From: Mesotaenium endlicherianum
Taxonomy: Eukaryota
Length of the DNA: 64,000 bases
Reading direction: 5' to 3'
Assembly (NCBI GenBank): GCA_009602735.1
Contig: WELA01003378.1
Location: 65,712 to 129,711, forward strand
In this document: one piece after another, positions 51,007 through 64,000 of the stretch
How the letters are laid out: each line of letters opens with the position of its first letter
Numbering within the stretch: position 1 is the stretch's first letter
The notes under the pieces: generated by a model
Databases searched by the model: none
What the model was told of the DNA's origin: nothing
What the model saw: only the letters and a program-made list of their open reading frames with translations
Program-made: the position numbers and the translations under genes

Positions 51007-54000
51007 ATGGCTAGTGTAGTAAGTGCTGGATGCGGAGCGTGTCATTGTTTAGCTCTTCAACTGCAGGCTTCAGCAAAGTGCAAATCCCTTCTTTGCCCTC
51101 CCCAGTGTATGAATGCGAATTTTGATAAAAGATCATATAATTTGTTTGCTAAAATTCAAATTCAGAAGTTTAAAAAGCGTGTAGTATTGTGCAGTATGGG
51201 GGATCCCAAAACAATAGCTGTTGTAGAGGATGATCGACCTTCAAATGCTTCAGTAAGCGGCAATGGTGCAAACTTTGTCAGAACCCATCTGCGAACTCTT
51301 AGCGCCTACACGCCCATTGAGCCATTTGAGGTAAGGTCCTCATTTGAAAAAGAAGCCCCCGAAAGTGTTGTCGTTGTGTGGACATGACGCCTGCATATTA
51401 TGAGTGTGTTACACTAAGGCGCATCCCGAGTAAAGCTGATCTGGCTGAACCTTTGTGACAACTGTGGTGCAAGTACACCATTGTAGGAAAACTTCCAAAC
51501 ATTAAGCAGACTCATGTGAGGGTTTTTACCATCTCCATTATGATTTTCTTTTGAGAGCAGGTGCTCTCGGAGAGGTTGGGAAGAACACCGGAGAACATAG
51601 TGAAGCTGGATGCCAATGAGAACCCCTATGGCCCCCCTCCTGAGGTGCTTTTTTCACCTTCACCTGCGTGAGCCTCAACTATGAATTGGAATTTTTTGGA
51701 CCTGTGCTTCCTGGGTAAACACTCAGTGGGATGTCCAAGGGGGTTTGGGGGGGTGAATAGAGCAGGTTCTGGAGGCTCTTGGCAGCATGAACTTTCCTCA
51801 TATATACCCCGACCCAGAGAGCCGTCGCCTGCGTGCTGCCCTTGCTGCCGACACTGGAGTACCTAGTGAACACCTGCTTGTTGGCTGTGGGGCAGATGAA
51901 CTCATTGACCTCATTATGAGGTACTTCCTACCCTGTCCTGACCTGATGAGCTCACGCAAGCCAAACACCAGTGTCACCCCTGAATAATTGCCGGAGAGAC
52001 CCTTCTGCACAAGGAGAAAGACCTTCGCCAATCGGTTTGCAGCCTTCTCAGGAGTCTGTTTGGATTGGGGTGGGCTCTTGTGTTGCAGATGTACTCTAGA
52101 TCCCGGTGATGCCATAGTGGACTGTCCTCCCACCTTCACCATGTACGCGTTTGATGCTGCTGTCAATGCTGCCGGCGTTATCAAAGGTTCCATCTTTAAG
52201 CTTCTACCGTCGTCAGTTAAGCATGCGGTTCATGGATGGGGCTGGTTGAGGACAACGGGTCAGCTGCGCAAGGGCTGATCTCAGTTGTCAGCCAAGGTTG
52301 CGGGTCTTTGTGTTACTGAGGGCACTTGTTTATTGTGGTGAGCTCCTACAGAAGTTAGCAGAGACTGCTTGTTGGCATGAAGCTCACAGTACTTATCATG
52401 CTATTATTCCGGGTCAGCTTTACCTGATGCAACACCTACTTCGGCATAAAGTTTTGCTTTTGTATACGTTGCGTGAGTGGACTTCTACAAGGCCTTGCCC
52501 TGTGCCACCAGAGCTGCAACAGGTCCTGCTATTTGCTAGCTTAGGTCAGACTTAGAGTCTCAAGGTCTGGCCTCCAGAGCGGGTGAGACGTGATGTTGAA
52601 CGGCGGGGCATGCTTTTTCTGCTTTTCCTGCTTGGTATGCACCCACCGCCTGAGCTTCCACTGAACCTTGCTTTTCCTGAGGAGGGTAGAAGAAGAACCT
52701 GCAAGTCTCCTTTTTAATGTGTCGGTTGACTCGGACGAGACTGGGGGATGAGGTGTATGCAGTGCCACGACTTCCCTCCCTGGCTCTCGACTTGCCGGCT
52801 GTCAAGGCTGCCGTGCTGCAGCACCGCCCCAAGCTCTTGTTTGTGACATCGCCCAACAACCCCGACGGAGGGTGCGCTCCATTCCCTCCACTCCTGCTTC
52901 TGACCTGCCCCCACCTGCCTATCGCTGCTGTGCATGGTGCCCTGGAAGACATGGGGAGACACACACAGGGTGCGCTAATGTGCTCAGAAAAGGGGGTGGT
53001 GGGGGAGCCGGATACCAGGGTGATAAGTCAAGAGGAGGTGGAGGAGCTGCTGGAGCTGCCCGTCCTTGTGGTGCTGGATGAAGCCTACATCGAGTTTGCT
53101 AGCGTGCCGTCGTGCATGCCTCTGGTGATGGAGCGCAGTAATCTCATTGTGCTCCGCACCTTCAGCAAACGAGCTGGTCCGCTTCCATTCTCCTTCTTCT
53201 ATGCTGCAAGACATGATGAGCATGCAGATGGTGCAACCCACGAGGGCAAGGTCGGGCCATGATACACTTACGTCTAAGTTTAAAGAGCAGGATTAAGGAC
53301 GTCTTCTGACCAGACGCTGACAGAGCAGGATTAGCTGGATTGTAAGGTGGGTTCTGACCAGACGCTGACAGCTGCAATGGCATCATGTGGGTTGGGTGTA
53401 TCCGGGTAAGGTGTGGGCAGGCTTGGCAGGGCTGAGAGTGGGGTATGGGGCGTTTCCACTGGGGCTGGTGGACTACCTGTGGAGAGCCAAGCAACCGTAC
53501 AATGTATCGGTTGCTGCTGAGGTGGCGGCATGTGCTGCTCTCTCCAATCCTGCCTATCTTGAGGTCAGGCTTCCTCTCTTCTTCTTCTTGCCATTCTGCC
53601 CTGCTGCTGGTCGGAAGAAAGTGTTCAGTGCAAGTCTCGTGTTGGTTCTGACGCATCACTCCTCCTAGCTCCTACTAAGCTGCGATTCACCCCTTGCTAC
53701 TTGCTGCTGTCCTTCTCCGCTCCACGTGCTGCTCATAAACATGTTCTCGTACATTGTAGTAAGAGGCATGGTTTTCCAGGGGCTTGCGTTGTGCTGGAGT
53801 GATTTATCTGCTCCAGATTCAGAATAGCTTGCATATCTGATAGAAAATTGGTGTGCACGTGTGCAGCGTGTGAAGAACGCATTGATACAAGAACGTGAGC
53901 GCCTCATGGAGTTGTTGCAGACCCTCCCTTTCCTCCAGCCCTACCCCAGTCACGCCAACTTCATCTTGTGCAATGTGATTGGAGACAAGTCCGCAAAAGA

Positions 54001-54259
54001 TATCAAGGTGGGATGCTTTCTTCCACAAATTCCACTTCTTCCTTAGCATAGCAGCAATCGACTAGGAATCGAGTAATGTGATATATTGCATGAGTGTTTG
54101 ACATGATCTATGTGGTCTCCATGCTTACAGGATGCGCTTGCCCAGGAGGGCGTCATGGTGCGCCATTATAGCAAGGCAGAGTTGAGCAATTTTATCCGCA
54201 TTTCAGTAGGAAAGCCTGAACACACGGACCTCCTCATGGCTGCCCTTCAAAGGTTATGA
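51007..54259 (+). CDS. hisC: Histidinol-phosphate aminotransferase, plastid type, multi-exon
   Basis: [66 protein letters not shown]. Confidence 0.95.
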
Positions 54260-55859
54260 TCTCTTGTGGTTGTAGAGCCGACTGAAGCTAATCATGAGGA
54301 TAAATTTCTATTGGAAATGGAAATGTCAATAAGTCTTTGAGTTGGAGAAATTTATTGAGCACAGTAATGTGATATATACGTGTATGAAGCAGGTAACGCA
54401 AAGAGGTTAGGACTTTTTCTAGTTTGGGGGAATCACATGACGTTTTTCCAACTGTGAGCTGCCCTTATAAGCAACCTGTGAACACTAGGCCTATCTCTGG
54501 ATTCAAACATAACAAAGGTGTTCATGTGTTGTGTGTGGCTGGACAGGGCTGTTTTGCCTAAAGTGGTGTGCAGATTCTTGCATCTCCATTGTCATCTAAG
54601 GTACACAGTGTGTATCGTTAAAGCCAAATCATAATCCACGCATTGATCCTTAATTAGGAAAGTCAACAAAACTCTATGAGTCCAAGCCACTTTATGGAAT
54701 TTGTCCACAACCTGGTGTGGCTTTCTTGGATGCAGCAGGCCATTAAAATAACTTGCAAACTAAACCAACAAGTTTTTTTGTCTCATCTCCTACATGAATT
54801 TTAAGTCATCTATGTCCGTTGATCACTTGGCAGAAAGCTCTCCTTTGAGAGTTGTAAGGATCAATTTAGAAGGTTCTCGATGGGGAAAAGAAATGCTCAA
54901 GCTTTTGTTAAGGCAGACGACTCCAGCAAGTTCGAGTGTTGGTCCACTATCGTCACTGCCTAATGTGTTGGAGCACCCATGGAAAGAATCGAGAGCAGCT
55001 CGAGAAAGAGCAAGTCATGTGGTGTGGATTGCCGCCGACATTGTGTAAAACGTACGCAGCACGTCTTCGTAATTTATAACTATGCACACCACACGCACTG
55101 CATCACGCCATGCCACATCAGATGCCATACAAACATGCAGATGATACATGGTCACTGCATGCTGGCTCAGCGCTACCCGAACCTTTGCACGTAGCACGCA
55201 TATATGTATATATATAGCTGGAGCAGAACTGGATAAGCCAACGTGAGCTGTGTCAAATGGTTAACCGATCGATCGAAAGTTCAAACATATCCTTGGGTAT
55301 GCACCTGTAGTGTGGTGAAGCAATATGTCTTGCTCGAGTCTCGTTGGGCATAGTTTTCAGCACTACAGCACAAACTTTGTTGGTGACAGAGCACGACTAG
55401 CTTCTCCGCTCAAATGTAGCATTCTGCAAGGAAGTAAATCTAGTGCACCAAGCGTCAGGCTCACACATGTAATCAGTAAGACATGTAGTAGATTACATCT
55501 CACACTTGAAAGTGTCATCTTTAGACCAGTCAATGCGAGCTTCTTGGGTCAAAGCAGCACAAGATGGCCTTGTACGACTACTTCCCAGAAGGTAGAAACC
55601 ACACTCTTCAGGAGCTGGAAAGCAAGCTGGGTCGAAAAGGTGGAACGGTGAGTTCATGATCCTTTATATGGCGCATAAGAGCAGTACAATCACCTCTCGA
55701 CCAGTCGTTTGGATATAGTGCAGGCGCGGTGACAGGCACACATTTAGTCCTTGATGTAGACTCATCTCACTTGGCACCTTAGCAGTCTTAAATGGAGTCA
55801 GTTGAAGCTGGAATTACCTGCTCAATTGATAATAAGGAGCAAGCCTGCACTGCATCTGT

Positions 55860-58720
55860 ATGACATGTGGTCTAAATGTTGTCTATGCCAGGCATGGGGA
55901 AAGCCTCATCTTGGTGTGGATGAATGCTTGCCTGGTCCTCTTCTTCTTCGGAGCAGCTGAGGTACTTGCTGCTGATAGGATACCAGATCCAATCGCTTGT
56001 GAAGAGGTTGGGTCCTACTATGCATCGGCAGAGAGCTCGAGGGGAGCTGAGCTGAAAGCCAGGCTGCATTCTATCATCAAGGACCACCGTATCTACTCCT
56101 ATGCTCAGGTACAGCACAAGAATTATCACTTCAGTACAGGAAATGGTATTCTCTTGTTTTTTAACGAAGCGCACTTTTACAAATCTAGAGCGTGCTATGG
56201 GTGCAAAGACAGTGGAAAGCAGACATGTTGTCAAACAATGAGGCAATAAAGCTGGCCAGCGGGAACATGGGCAGGTATGGGAGGCACTGAAAGTGTTGGA
56301 CGCTGCTCCTGATGATTCATCTGCCATGTAAGTTGTTCCTCAGCACTGTAGCCTTTGGTGAGCTTTTTATGTTTCCTCAACGAGGTTTACAAATCACCAC
56401 GCGAGCTGGCCTATAGTTGTCATGAGCTTCTCCTACTCTCTTATCATAACGCATGTGCTTGGGCTGCTCCACGGGGAACAGAGTGGAGATCTACACGCGA
56501 CAAAAAGTTTCCAAGGAGTTGGCAGCCAAAGCTGAAGGATGGAACCGTGTGCTCCCTCTCTAGCGCTGCTCAATCCTGGCCCCTCCTTCTTTGCTCTCTC
56601 TCTGTGCCTGCATGTGTGGACGCGCGTGAGGCCACCCTTTTTTTCACGCCTATCTTGTCTCCATCTCCAAGTCCTCTTTGGCATCTGGCATGGTCCCGTT
56701 AAGCCCTTCGCACGCTCACACCATGTGCTGATTAAGATAACAGAGGCTTGTAGTATACAGCTGAGCTGAGTGGACACAGGAGAGGGTGGGTGCGGCATGC
56801 GTGCATGCAGGCGAGCACTTGTGGCCCCGATCATACGGCCTGGCCGACAAAACGCCCGAGTTCAGCGACCTCCACAATCTACGTCCGGCTGATGTCAATG
56901 GTGCGCCCTCCATAAGCAATCTCTTCACAGCCCCCTACTTGCACGCTTTGCATCCATCTTACATTCTTTGTTAATTACACGTTGCAGCCAGAGCTCTGTG
57001 AGCGGATGAGCTCTTGTCATGGCAACATGCGCTTGGGGGCATTCTTGCCATGATGCTGCTGCTGCTTGGCATGCTGCATGTTCATCAGACCTGCTCTCGC
57101 ATGTCCAGAAGCGGCAGGAGCAGCAGGAAGTAGACGTACATGGCTGATGTGAAGTGTGACTCAGAAAGTATGCGAGTGCGTGTGTGTAGAGCAGTAAATT
57201 CTTCGAGGGGCAACAAATACTTTGGCGAGTGCAGTCTGCCAGGCGATGCCACGTGTCTGGTGCCAGCCAATCGAGAAGCTGCTCCTGACACAGCCGCCAA
57301 TCGGGTGCTGTGGCAGCCCCCTGCTGAGGTAAGCACATCCCTCTTCCTGCCTCTGGCCCTTCTTGTAGCAGATTTTCTTGTGTCATTCAGGTGATGTGAA
57401 GCTTCCAGTGAAAGTGCATGCGAGTCTTTTACGCTAAGTCAATCTGGATGGGACTGACGTGCAGGCAAGGGGGGACATAGCGCGGGCGTTGATGTACATG
57501 GCTGTCCGCTATGAGGGCCCCCCCTCAGACTCCTCCATGGACCTCGAGCTTTCTGACTCTCCTGTTGCTGGTGAGCAACCACCTCACTCGGACTTCCCTT
57601 TTGTTGGTGTGTGGGCTCTGATCCTTCCCTGGATGCACGCCCCTTGAGCAGCAGAGGCTTGTTTGACTGAATAAGCTGTTCCTTGGTGTGTCGTGGTGGG
57701 GCATGTGGTGGTGTGAAGGGCAAGGGCGGATGGGACTTCTCTCCACGCTGATGAGGTGGCATGAGGCCGACCCACCTTCGGCATCGGAGAAGCTGCGCAA
57801 TGAGCGCGTGTGCTCCCTCTTCCAGCACAACCGCAACCCCTTCGTGGACCATCCTGAGTATGCGCCTCTCATCTGGGGCTCACCTCAGCTTGCCACGGGC
57901 GCAAGTAGCAATATCACACTACCTCCGCCTGTGCAAGGTGGAACACCGCAAGCGGCTGCCTTACCTGGGGTGAATCAGCTGCCATTGGCGTGGATCAATG
58001 AGTTGCACTATGACAACAAAGGTGTCGACCAGGCAGAGGTTAGTTGCAGTTGAGGCTTCCGCACATCATCCAAAAATTTGGTTTGTTTGCAGCGTATTTT
58101 GGCCAGCAGGAAACACCTCCCAGTACAACTGTCTCTCAGCTGCATGCTGGCGCTGAACGTGCATTTGTTGCTGGCCTCATGGAGTGCCTCCAGCACGTGC
58201 ATCCGAGAGCACCGAAGAGTGCGCTCATGTAGTGTGTGTTGCCCATGCTTGTGTGCAGTTTGTGGAGGTGGTGGTGGGACCCAAAGTTGACCCGGCTGCT
58301 CTCACCGTCTACCTCTATAATGGGAGTGATGGCAAGGTCTATAAACAGCTTCCGCTCAGCAACTTCTCAAGAGGGCAACAGACGAAGAGTGGAATGAAGG
58401 TGCTTGCAGCCTTGCTGCCGCAGGGCTCACTCCAGAATGGCCCTGCGGACGGCCTTGCATTGGTGTACAAGGATCCCTTTAGCTCCTCCACCCTACAACT
58501 CTTGCAGTTCCTGTCCTACGAAGGCTCTCTTAGGGCTAGCGATGGTCCTGCCAAAGACAGGGAGTCATTGGACATTGGAGTTGAAGAGTCGGACGACTCC
58601 TCTGTCGATGGGTCCCTTGGCCTTGTCGGCTCAGGCAGGTCATATGGTGACTTCACTTGGTCTAAGCTTGCTTCAAGCTCCTTTGGACGCCTAAATAATG
58701 GCCAGGATGTTGGCCTCTGA
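55860..58720 (+). CDS. Endonuclease I-family secreted nuclease with a C-terminal INELHYDN domain, multi-exon
   Basis: Hydrophobic signal-like N-terminus; WNREHLWPRSYG, DLHNLRPAD.|.NSSRGNK, RGDIARALMYMAVRY, QHNRNPFVDHPE. Confidence 0.9.
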
Positions 58721-59048
58721 TGTTATTGCCTATAATTACATCTATTACCACAGTGCAATTGCAGGAAGTCTTGAGCTTTCTTGCTGTTCTGAGACTTGAG
58801 AATATAGTCTTCCCCTTACACCACGCAAAGTTGGACTCACAATTCATAAGGATGCTAGTTGGCCGAGTCTCACCGCCGCAATTGTAAGAAACTGCCAGTA
58901 CGGTACCTCGAAATGAACCTCGGTGGGCTTATCACTTAACTTCTATGCAAGAGTGCACTGATTGCCAATCTCCGTGGAAGATGCAGACATGATGCTCCTC
59001 AAGTGAACTTACCATTTTAGCAAAGTCAGTGTGGCTGCCTGTGCCACA

Positions 59049-61411
59049 TCAGACCTTCACCTGAGAAGGGGCAACATGTGCGGGGACAAGAGTGAAGCCT
59101 GCAGCTTCACATGCGTGCTTTAGGTCGTCCACCTGAGCGGGACCCTGGAGGCACAGCGTCACGACCGCCCCCCCGCTGCCTGTGAACTTGGCAGCTGCAC
59201 CCACTGATCGAGCCGCCTCCACCATCTTGATGTTCATGTCGCCCAGGGCCTCATCCCCAAACATTCGCCTGCTCAACAGTTCAGGGGCAACAAAATCTTA
59301 ACCGCATGCTTAAAGCAAGTAGCGAGAAGGAAGAAGGGGGGCAGTCAGCGCGCATATGGGTGGGCAGCTTCTTATACTCGGAGCAAACAAGCCATGAATG
59401 TATCAAGGAGCCTCGCCAGAAGTTCACAAGCCGGACGTGCCGGCAATGTGAGGCTAGCTTGCAGGGGTGGCTGGGTGCTTCCTAGCAGACCTGCGAAGGT
59501 CAAAGTTGCGGTCCATGTGACGAGCTAACACGGAGTAATTCCGGGCAGCCAGAGCTTCACGGGCCTGCACTGCCAGGCTGGCAACCTCTTCCATGTCCGC
59601 TCGCACGCCCTCATCGCCCGCCAGCCATTGCCTCTTCACAGAGCTATGAACCTGCATGCATCACGCCCATTGCCCGCGTGCATCTGTGCTGTCAACGGAG
59701 TAGCACAACCTTCATGCTTGTGATGAAGGGAAGACCACAAGAAGTCTTGGGAAGAGGTGACGCAGGAGGGAGGGAGGGAGAAAGGGCACACTTTGCCGGA
59801 GTCACTGGGGTTGGTGGCGTAAATGAGGTGCAGGGGGGGCAGGCTGGAGGGATCCAGCGGCGTGTACACCCCTCCGCCTGTCCTCTCCACCACCTCCCTC
59901 TCAAAGTCCTGCCCCCCTCACCCGCCCACGTGCAGAGCATACGATAAGTTTTGCTCGCCAAAGCCTGCCTCCCCCTTGAGGACGCCCCTGCAGGCATGTG
60001 AGCCAGCCAGCAAAAAAGTGAATAGGCAGGCAGGGGGGCAGCAACCATGAAGACGAGGCCGCCGTAGACTTGAATGACGCGGTCCTGCAGGCCCGCTGTG
60101 ATGCCCAGCTCCGTCTCCGCGCTGAGAATGAGGCTGGGCCGCTCCGCCAGCGGCACCAGGTGCTCCACCTCGTAGAACCGCAGCAGGCAGCTCAGGGCCG
60201 CGCACACGATGGCACTCGAGCCTGACAGGCCTGCCTGCCACACCTTCCACGCTCTCATACAACCTTAAGGTGGCCACCTCCCTGCGTGACTGCCCCCAAA
60301 TGGAGGGAGGGCACAGCACTGCAGTGGCAAGGGTCTCCAAACTGAGGGCCAGGGTGCCTTACATTCATTGTTGCTGAGCTGCATGTGGTACTGTGGTGAA
60401 AAATGGGTGATGGCACAACCTATCCTATACTTGAGCAAATGAAGACCACGTCCTCACCCACAAGCGTTAACCACTGTCATTCCTTACGAATAGTAGAGGG
60501 AAAAGAACAAGAAGATGAGTAGAAGAAGAGTAACTGAAGGCCAGTTGGCTGATGGCACAGGTGAATGACAGGAGCACTCAGTCCTTCCATTTAACGCGGA
60601 CATTTTACTGGCGAAAGTGTCACGGCAAAGCTAATCACTGACACTATTACACATCCAACGACGAACGGGACCCAGCATATGAATACCACATATATGATCA
60701 ACGTGGAAAGGATCTATCTACCCTTTGGTGCCTTGAATTGTTATTTTGGGGACAACAGGTCAGTGAAGAGGGCAGCAAAAAACCTGGCGGGGAATGTTGG
60801 TGTCATATGACAGAGTAAAATTCTTGGAGCTCAAAGTGATGTTCTTATCAGAGCAATAAGAGTGTAGTTTGGCGCAGATGGCCATAAGAAGGCGCACACC
60901 TCCATAGTACCCTTCAGCTTTGACTCGTTCAGCCTGTTTCAGCGTGAAATTAAATGGCAGGAATTACTAAATTCTCCGTGCAAGCTCCGGCGTATGTCGT
61001 CCAAGGGACGACTACTAATATGAGTGACCTTGTCCCATATAACCTCTCTGTCCCTGGCTACATAAGCAAGTATTCCAAAGCAAGGACCTGTGTACACAAA
61101 ATCTTCCTATGGTCCCTGTTGTGGTAAGCAGTATGTGAGCTTTCTTAGTACAAGATGAGGTAATAGGGTACCCCACTTAATTGCGTACTGTCTGACAAAG
61201 AAAGAAGACGAAACTTTACCAGCAGATGGAGCGACTCAAATTCAGCGGGATCATGTAGAGGATGAGGAGTGAACCTAATCGAATCAGAAGGAACCAATGT
61301 TGCTTCGGCGTAAAAGTTTTCAAGAGAGAACGATATTGTCTTCCCATAGTAGCCATCACTGGGATTGCCAACTAGACCAACCCGTGCATAAGCTCTACAA
61401 GTAAGAGCCAT
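59049..61411 (-). CDS. Glucuronokinase-like GHMP kinase, multi-exon
   Basis: [67 protein letters not shown]. Confidence 0.9.
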
Positions 61412-62516
61412 ATCGCATCAGTCCGACTGCTCCATGACAATGCAACTCTATTTATTAGTGCTCGTCGTCATCATGTCGATGATATTTGAACGTCCAGTCA
61501 TCCAAGCTTCAATATGCACACACGACTTTGCCAAGAGGGCACTTTCCAGTTGGCCTGCTCTACCCAATAAATGCCAGGTGAACTGACGGGTACAATGCCG
61601 TCGTGCACTTTAGTCTGTGATGCACCTTCAGTGAGGCCCCTTCGCAGGCAACAGACATGAGTGCATCAAGAATTATACCAAAATATTATCCATGCAGGGC
61701 AAACTCGAGAGTCGAGAGCAGGTCGAGGTCGAGAGTCGAGAGTCTCGAGAGTCGACACAAGTGACACCCTTGCCCCACCTGACCTTCCCCAACTTTTCCC
61801 TGCATTTCCCCATCGATTTTCTGTTTGTGTCAGTTTGTGTCGACTCAGGTCCCGCATTTCAGGTGGTCCCTGGACTATCGACGACAAATCGCAGACATCA
61901 TCTATCGCCTTTTTAGACCCCGTCCATACTTTATTATATAAGGAGTTATTAAGCATTAAGTGGTAAAGGTTGGTAAAAAGTTGTTCCGAGTCCCCGCAGT
62001 ACACCTGGGCCCCCCCACCTTGTCCGCTAGCTTCGAGTAGAAGTCCCCAGAGGGCCAGAGAGACGTTGCAAACTTGCAAGTTGCAAGTGGTTGCAATCTG
62101 CAATGTGGGTGCGACTTCCGAGACCCGGCTTTCATTTCTGAACCACCATGCCCGATCAGGTTGGCAAGCTGCCGGTACCGAAACAATGCCGGGGCAGGTA
62201 CCACAATTGGTGGACCTAGCTAGCTTATCAATTCAACCATCCTGACTCCATCTTTCACTGCGGAGAGAGTAGGACCGAGCATATTGCTCGACCCCTACGA
62301 CTAAACTTAGAAGGTCTGCAGTCTGCTTGGTCTTTATGTCCTTCATACTGTGAGAATTGCACTGGGATATACTTCGCGGTATTTCTCTTGGTATCTTCGT
62401 CTCGACATCTGGTTGGGTCATTATAAGTGTAACAGGGGGCTCATCGGTGGTGAAATGAAGAAGACAGTTTAACATTTTTCCTCTAACACTCAGGTAGGGT
62501 TTGCGGTGAAGAAAAT

Positions 62517-64000
62517 ATGGGTTGTGTGCAGGGCAAGTCCGCAGATCGTGAGGAAGTGGTTGCTAAGAAAGCTCCTGAGCGTACGGACCCGAAAGTAACA
62601 CAGACAGCAAATGTAGGTAATGTTACTGATTGTAGGCCTGAAGGCGGGCAGCCTGATGGTGAAATCTTAGAGGAACCTGTGGACGCGAAGGGCATCCCTG
62701 CCAAGGTACCCCCACCCATTCCACAAGCAGCAAGCACAAAGATCAAGGGTCCGCCCGAGATATTCTCGGAGCCCCAACCTAATGGGGTCCACCGGACAGA
62801 GCCTGGTGATGCAGGCATTTCTCTACACATTGCCTACCTCACTCAAAGAGGGTACTATCCTGAAGCCCCGAACAAGCCCAATCAGGATGCCTTTTGTGTC
62901 TGCCCCCACTTTGGAAGTGACCCCGATGACCACTTCTTTGGTGTGTTCGATGGGCATGGCGAGCACGGCACTCCCTGCTCCCAGTACTGCCGAGACAAGC
63001 TGCAAGAGAACCTGTTGAAACACAAGTTGTTTGCTACGGATGTGCCGCAAGCGTTGCACACGTCATTCGTGACCACCAACTTGCAGCTACACAAGTCCTC
63101 TGTAGATGACACCATGAGTGGGACGACAGGCATCTCAATCTTCTTGCGAGGGCGCACCCTGTATGCTGCAAATGTTGGCGATTCCAGAGCAGTGCTTGCT
63201 GAAAGGCGAGGGAGTCAACTGGTGGCGGTGGACCTATCAAATGATCAGACCCCCTTCAGAGCAGACGAGTGCGCTCGCGTGAAAGCGTGCGGGGCCAGGG
63301 TACTGACGCTGGACCAGCTGGAGGGCCTCAAGAACCCCAACGTGCAGTGCTGGGGCGGGGAAGAGGACGACGATGGAGACCCGCCCCGGCTGTGGGTGCC
63401 CAATGGGATGTACCCCGGGACGGCGTTCACGCGCAGTGTGGGGGACACTGTGGCAGAGAGGATAGGGGTGACAGCTGTCCCGGAGCTGCTAGTGCTGGAC
63501 CTCACGGCGCAGCATCCCTTCTTTCTCCTTGCTAGCGACGGCGTCTTCGAGTTCCTGTCCAGTCAAGCCGTAGTGGACATGGTGAGTGTGTGTGCGTGTT
63601 GGGGGGGAGAGAGGGAGAGCACTTGCTTCCTCAGGCACCAACCAACGTATTGTTGAGGGGCTGCTGTTTGGCGCTCATTGTTTACTTAGAACTGACCTAG
63701 GTGCTGGCAAGCAAGCCTTTTTCCGCGACTGTGGGCCAGAGAATGCAAGTGATATAAGTGAATGGTGTGGCAGAAGCATGCAACGAAGAGGTGTGCCTGT
63801 GAAGGATGTGCGCGCCGTCTGCCATGAGCAGTGTAGCTCTAGACTGACTGCAGCTGTCGTGCGTAACTGCATGCACCTCGCTGTCCTTAGTCCTCTAGCA
63901 AGGGCTACCATGTGGGCTGGCTGTTGCTGCCTGCTGCTGCAGCAGGGGATTTGGTACACCAAGCTGGGTTAGCTCCTCCTCCCTGCCCTGTCAGCCTTGC
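62517..64000 (+). CDS. Protein phosphatase 2C; first exon to about 63581, continues beyond the window
   Basis: QRGYYP..NQDAF, GVFDGHG, SGTT, ANVGDSRA, AFTRSVGD, LASDGVFEF; N-terminal MGC lipidation-type motif. Confidence 0.93.

Noticed and set aside
53304..53372. 20-bp duplication TTCTGACCAGACGCTGACAG in a hisC intron
   Set aside because: Isolated local duplication with no terminal repeats or other copies seen

Overview
Eukaryotic, intron-rich, plant-lineage DNA; gene content and intron style suggest a green or streptophyte alga (inference). Host genes: soluble inorganic pyrophosphatase, NUDT23-like Nudix hydrolase, a 5'-truncated PDR/ABCG pseudogene, a zinc-finger/Trp-rich (DUF2389-like) protein, histidinol-phosphate aminotransferase, an Endonuclease I-family nuclease, glucuronokinase and the start of a PP2C. 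Two nested LTR-retrotransposon blocks occupy 1-6074 and about 15.8-41.2 kb. Family A is a chromovirus with an extra 566-aa ORF after pol. Family B is an intact chromovirus with a probable -1 frameshift. The highlight is element C, a decayed gag-protease element carrying a C5-cytosine DNA methyltransferase. Its MTase was split by a family A insertion (TSD TCTAC), and the second half now lies inverted about 9 kb away; joining the halves restores motifs I, IV, VI, VIII, IX and X in order. All alignments and counts were done by eye, and exon boundaries are approximate.
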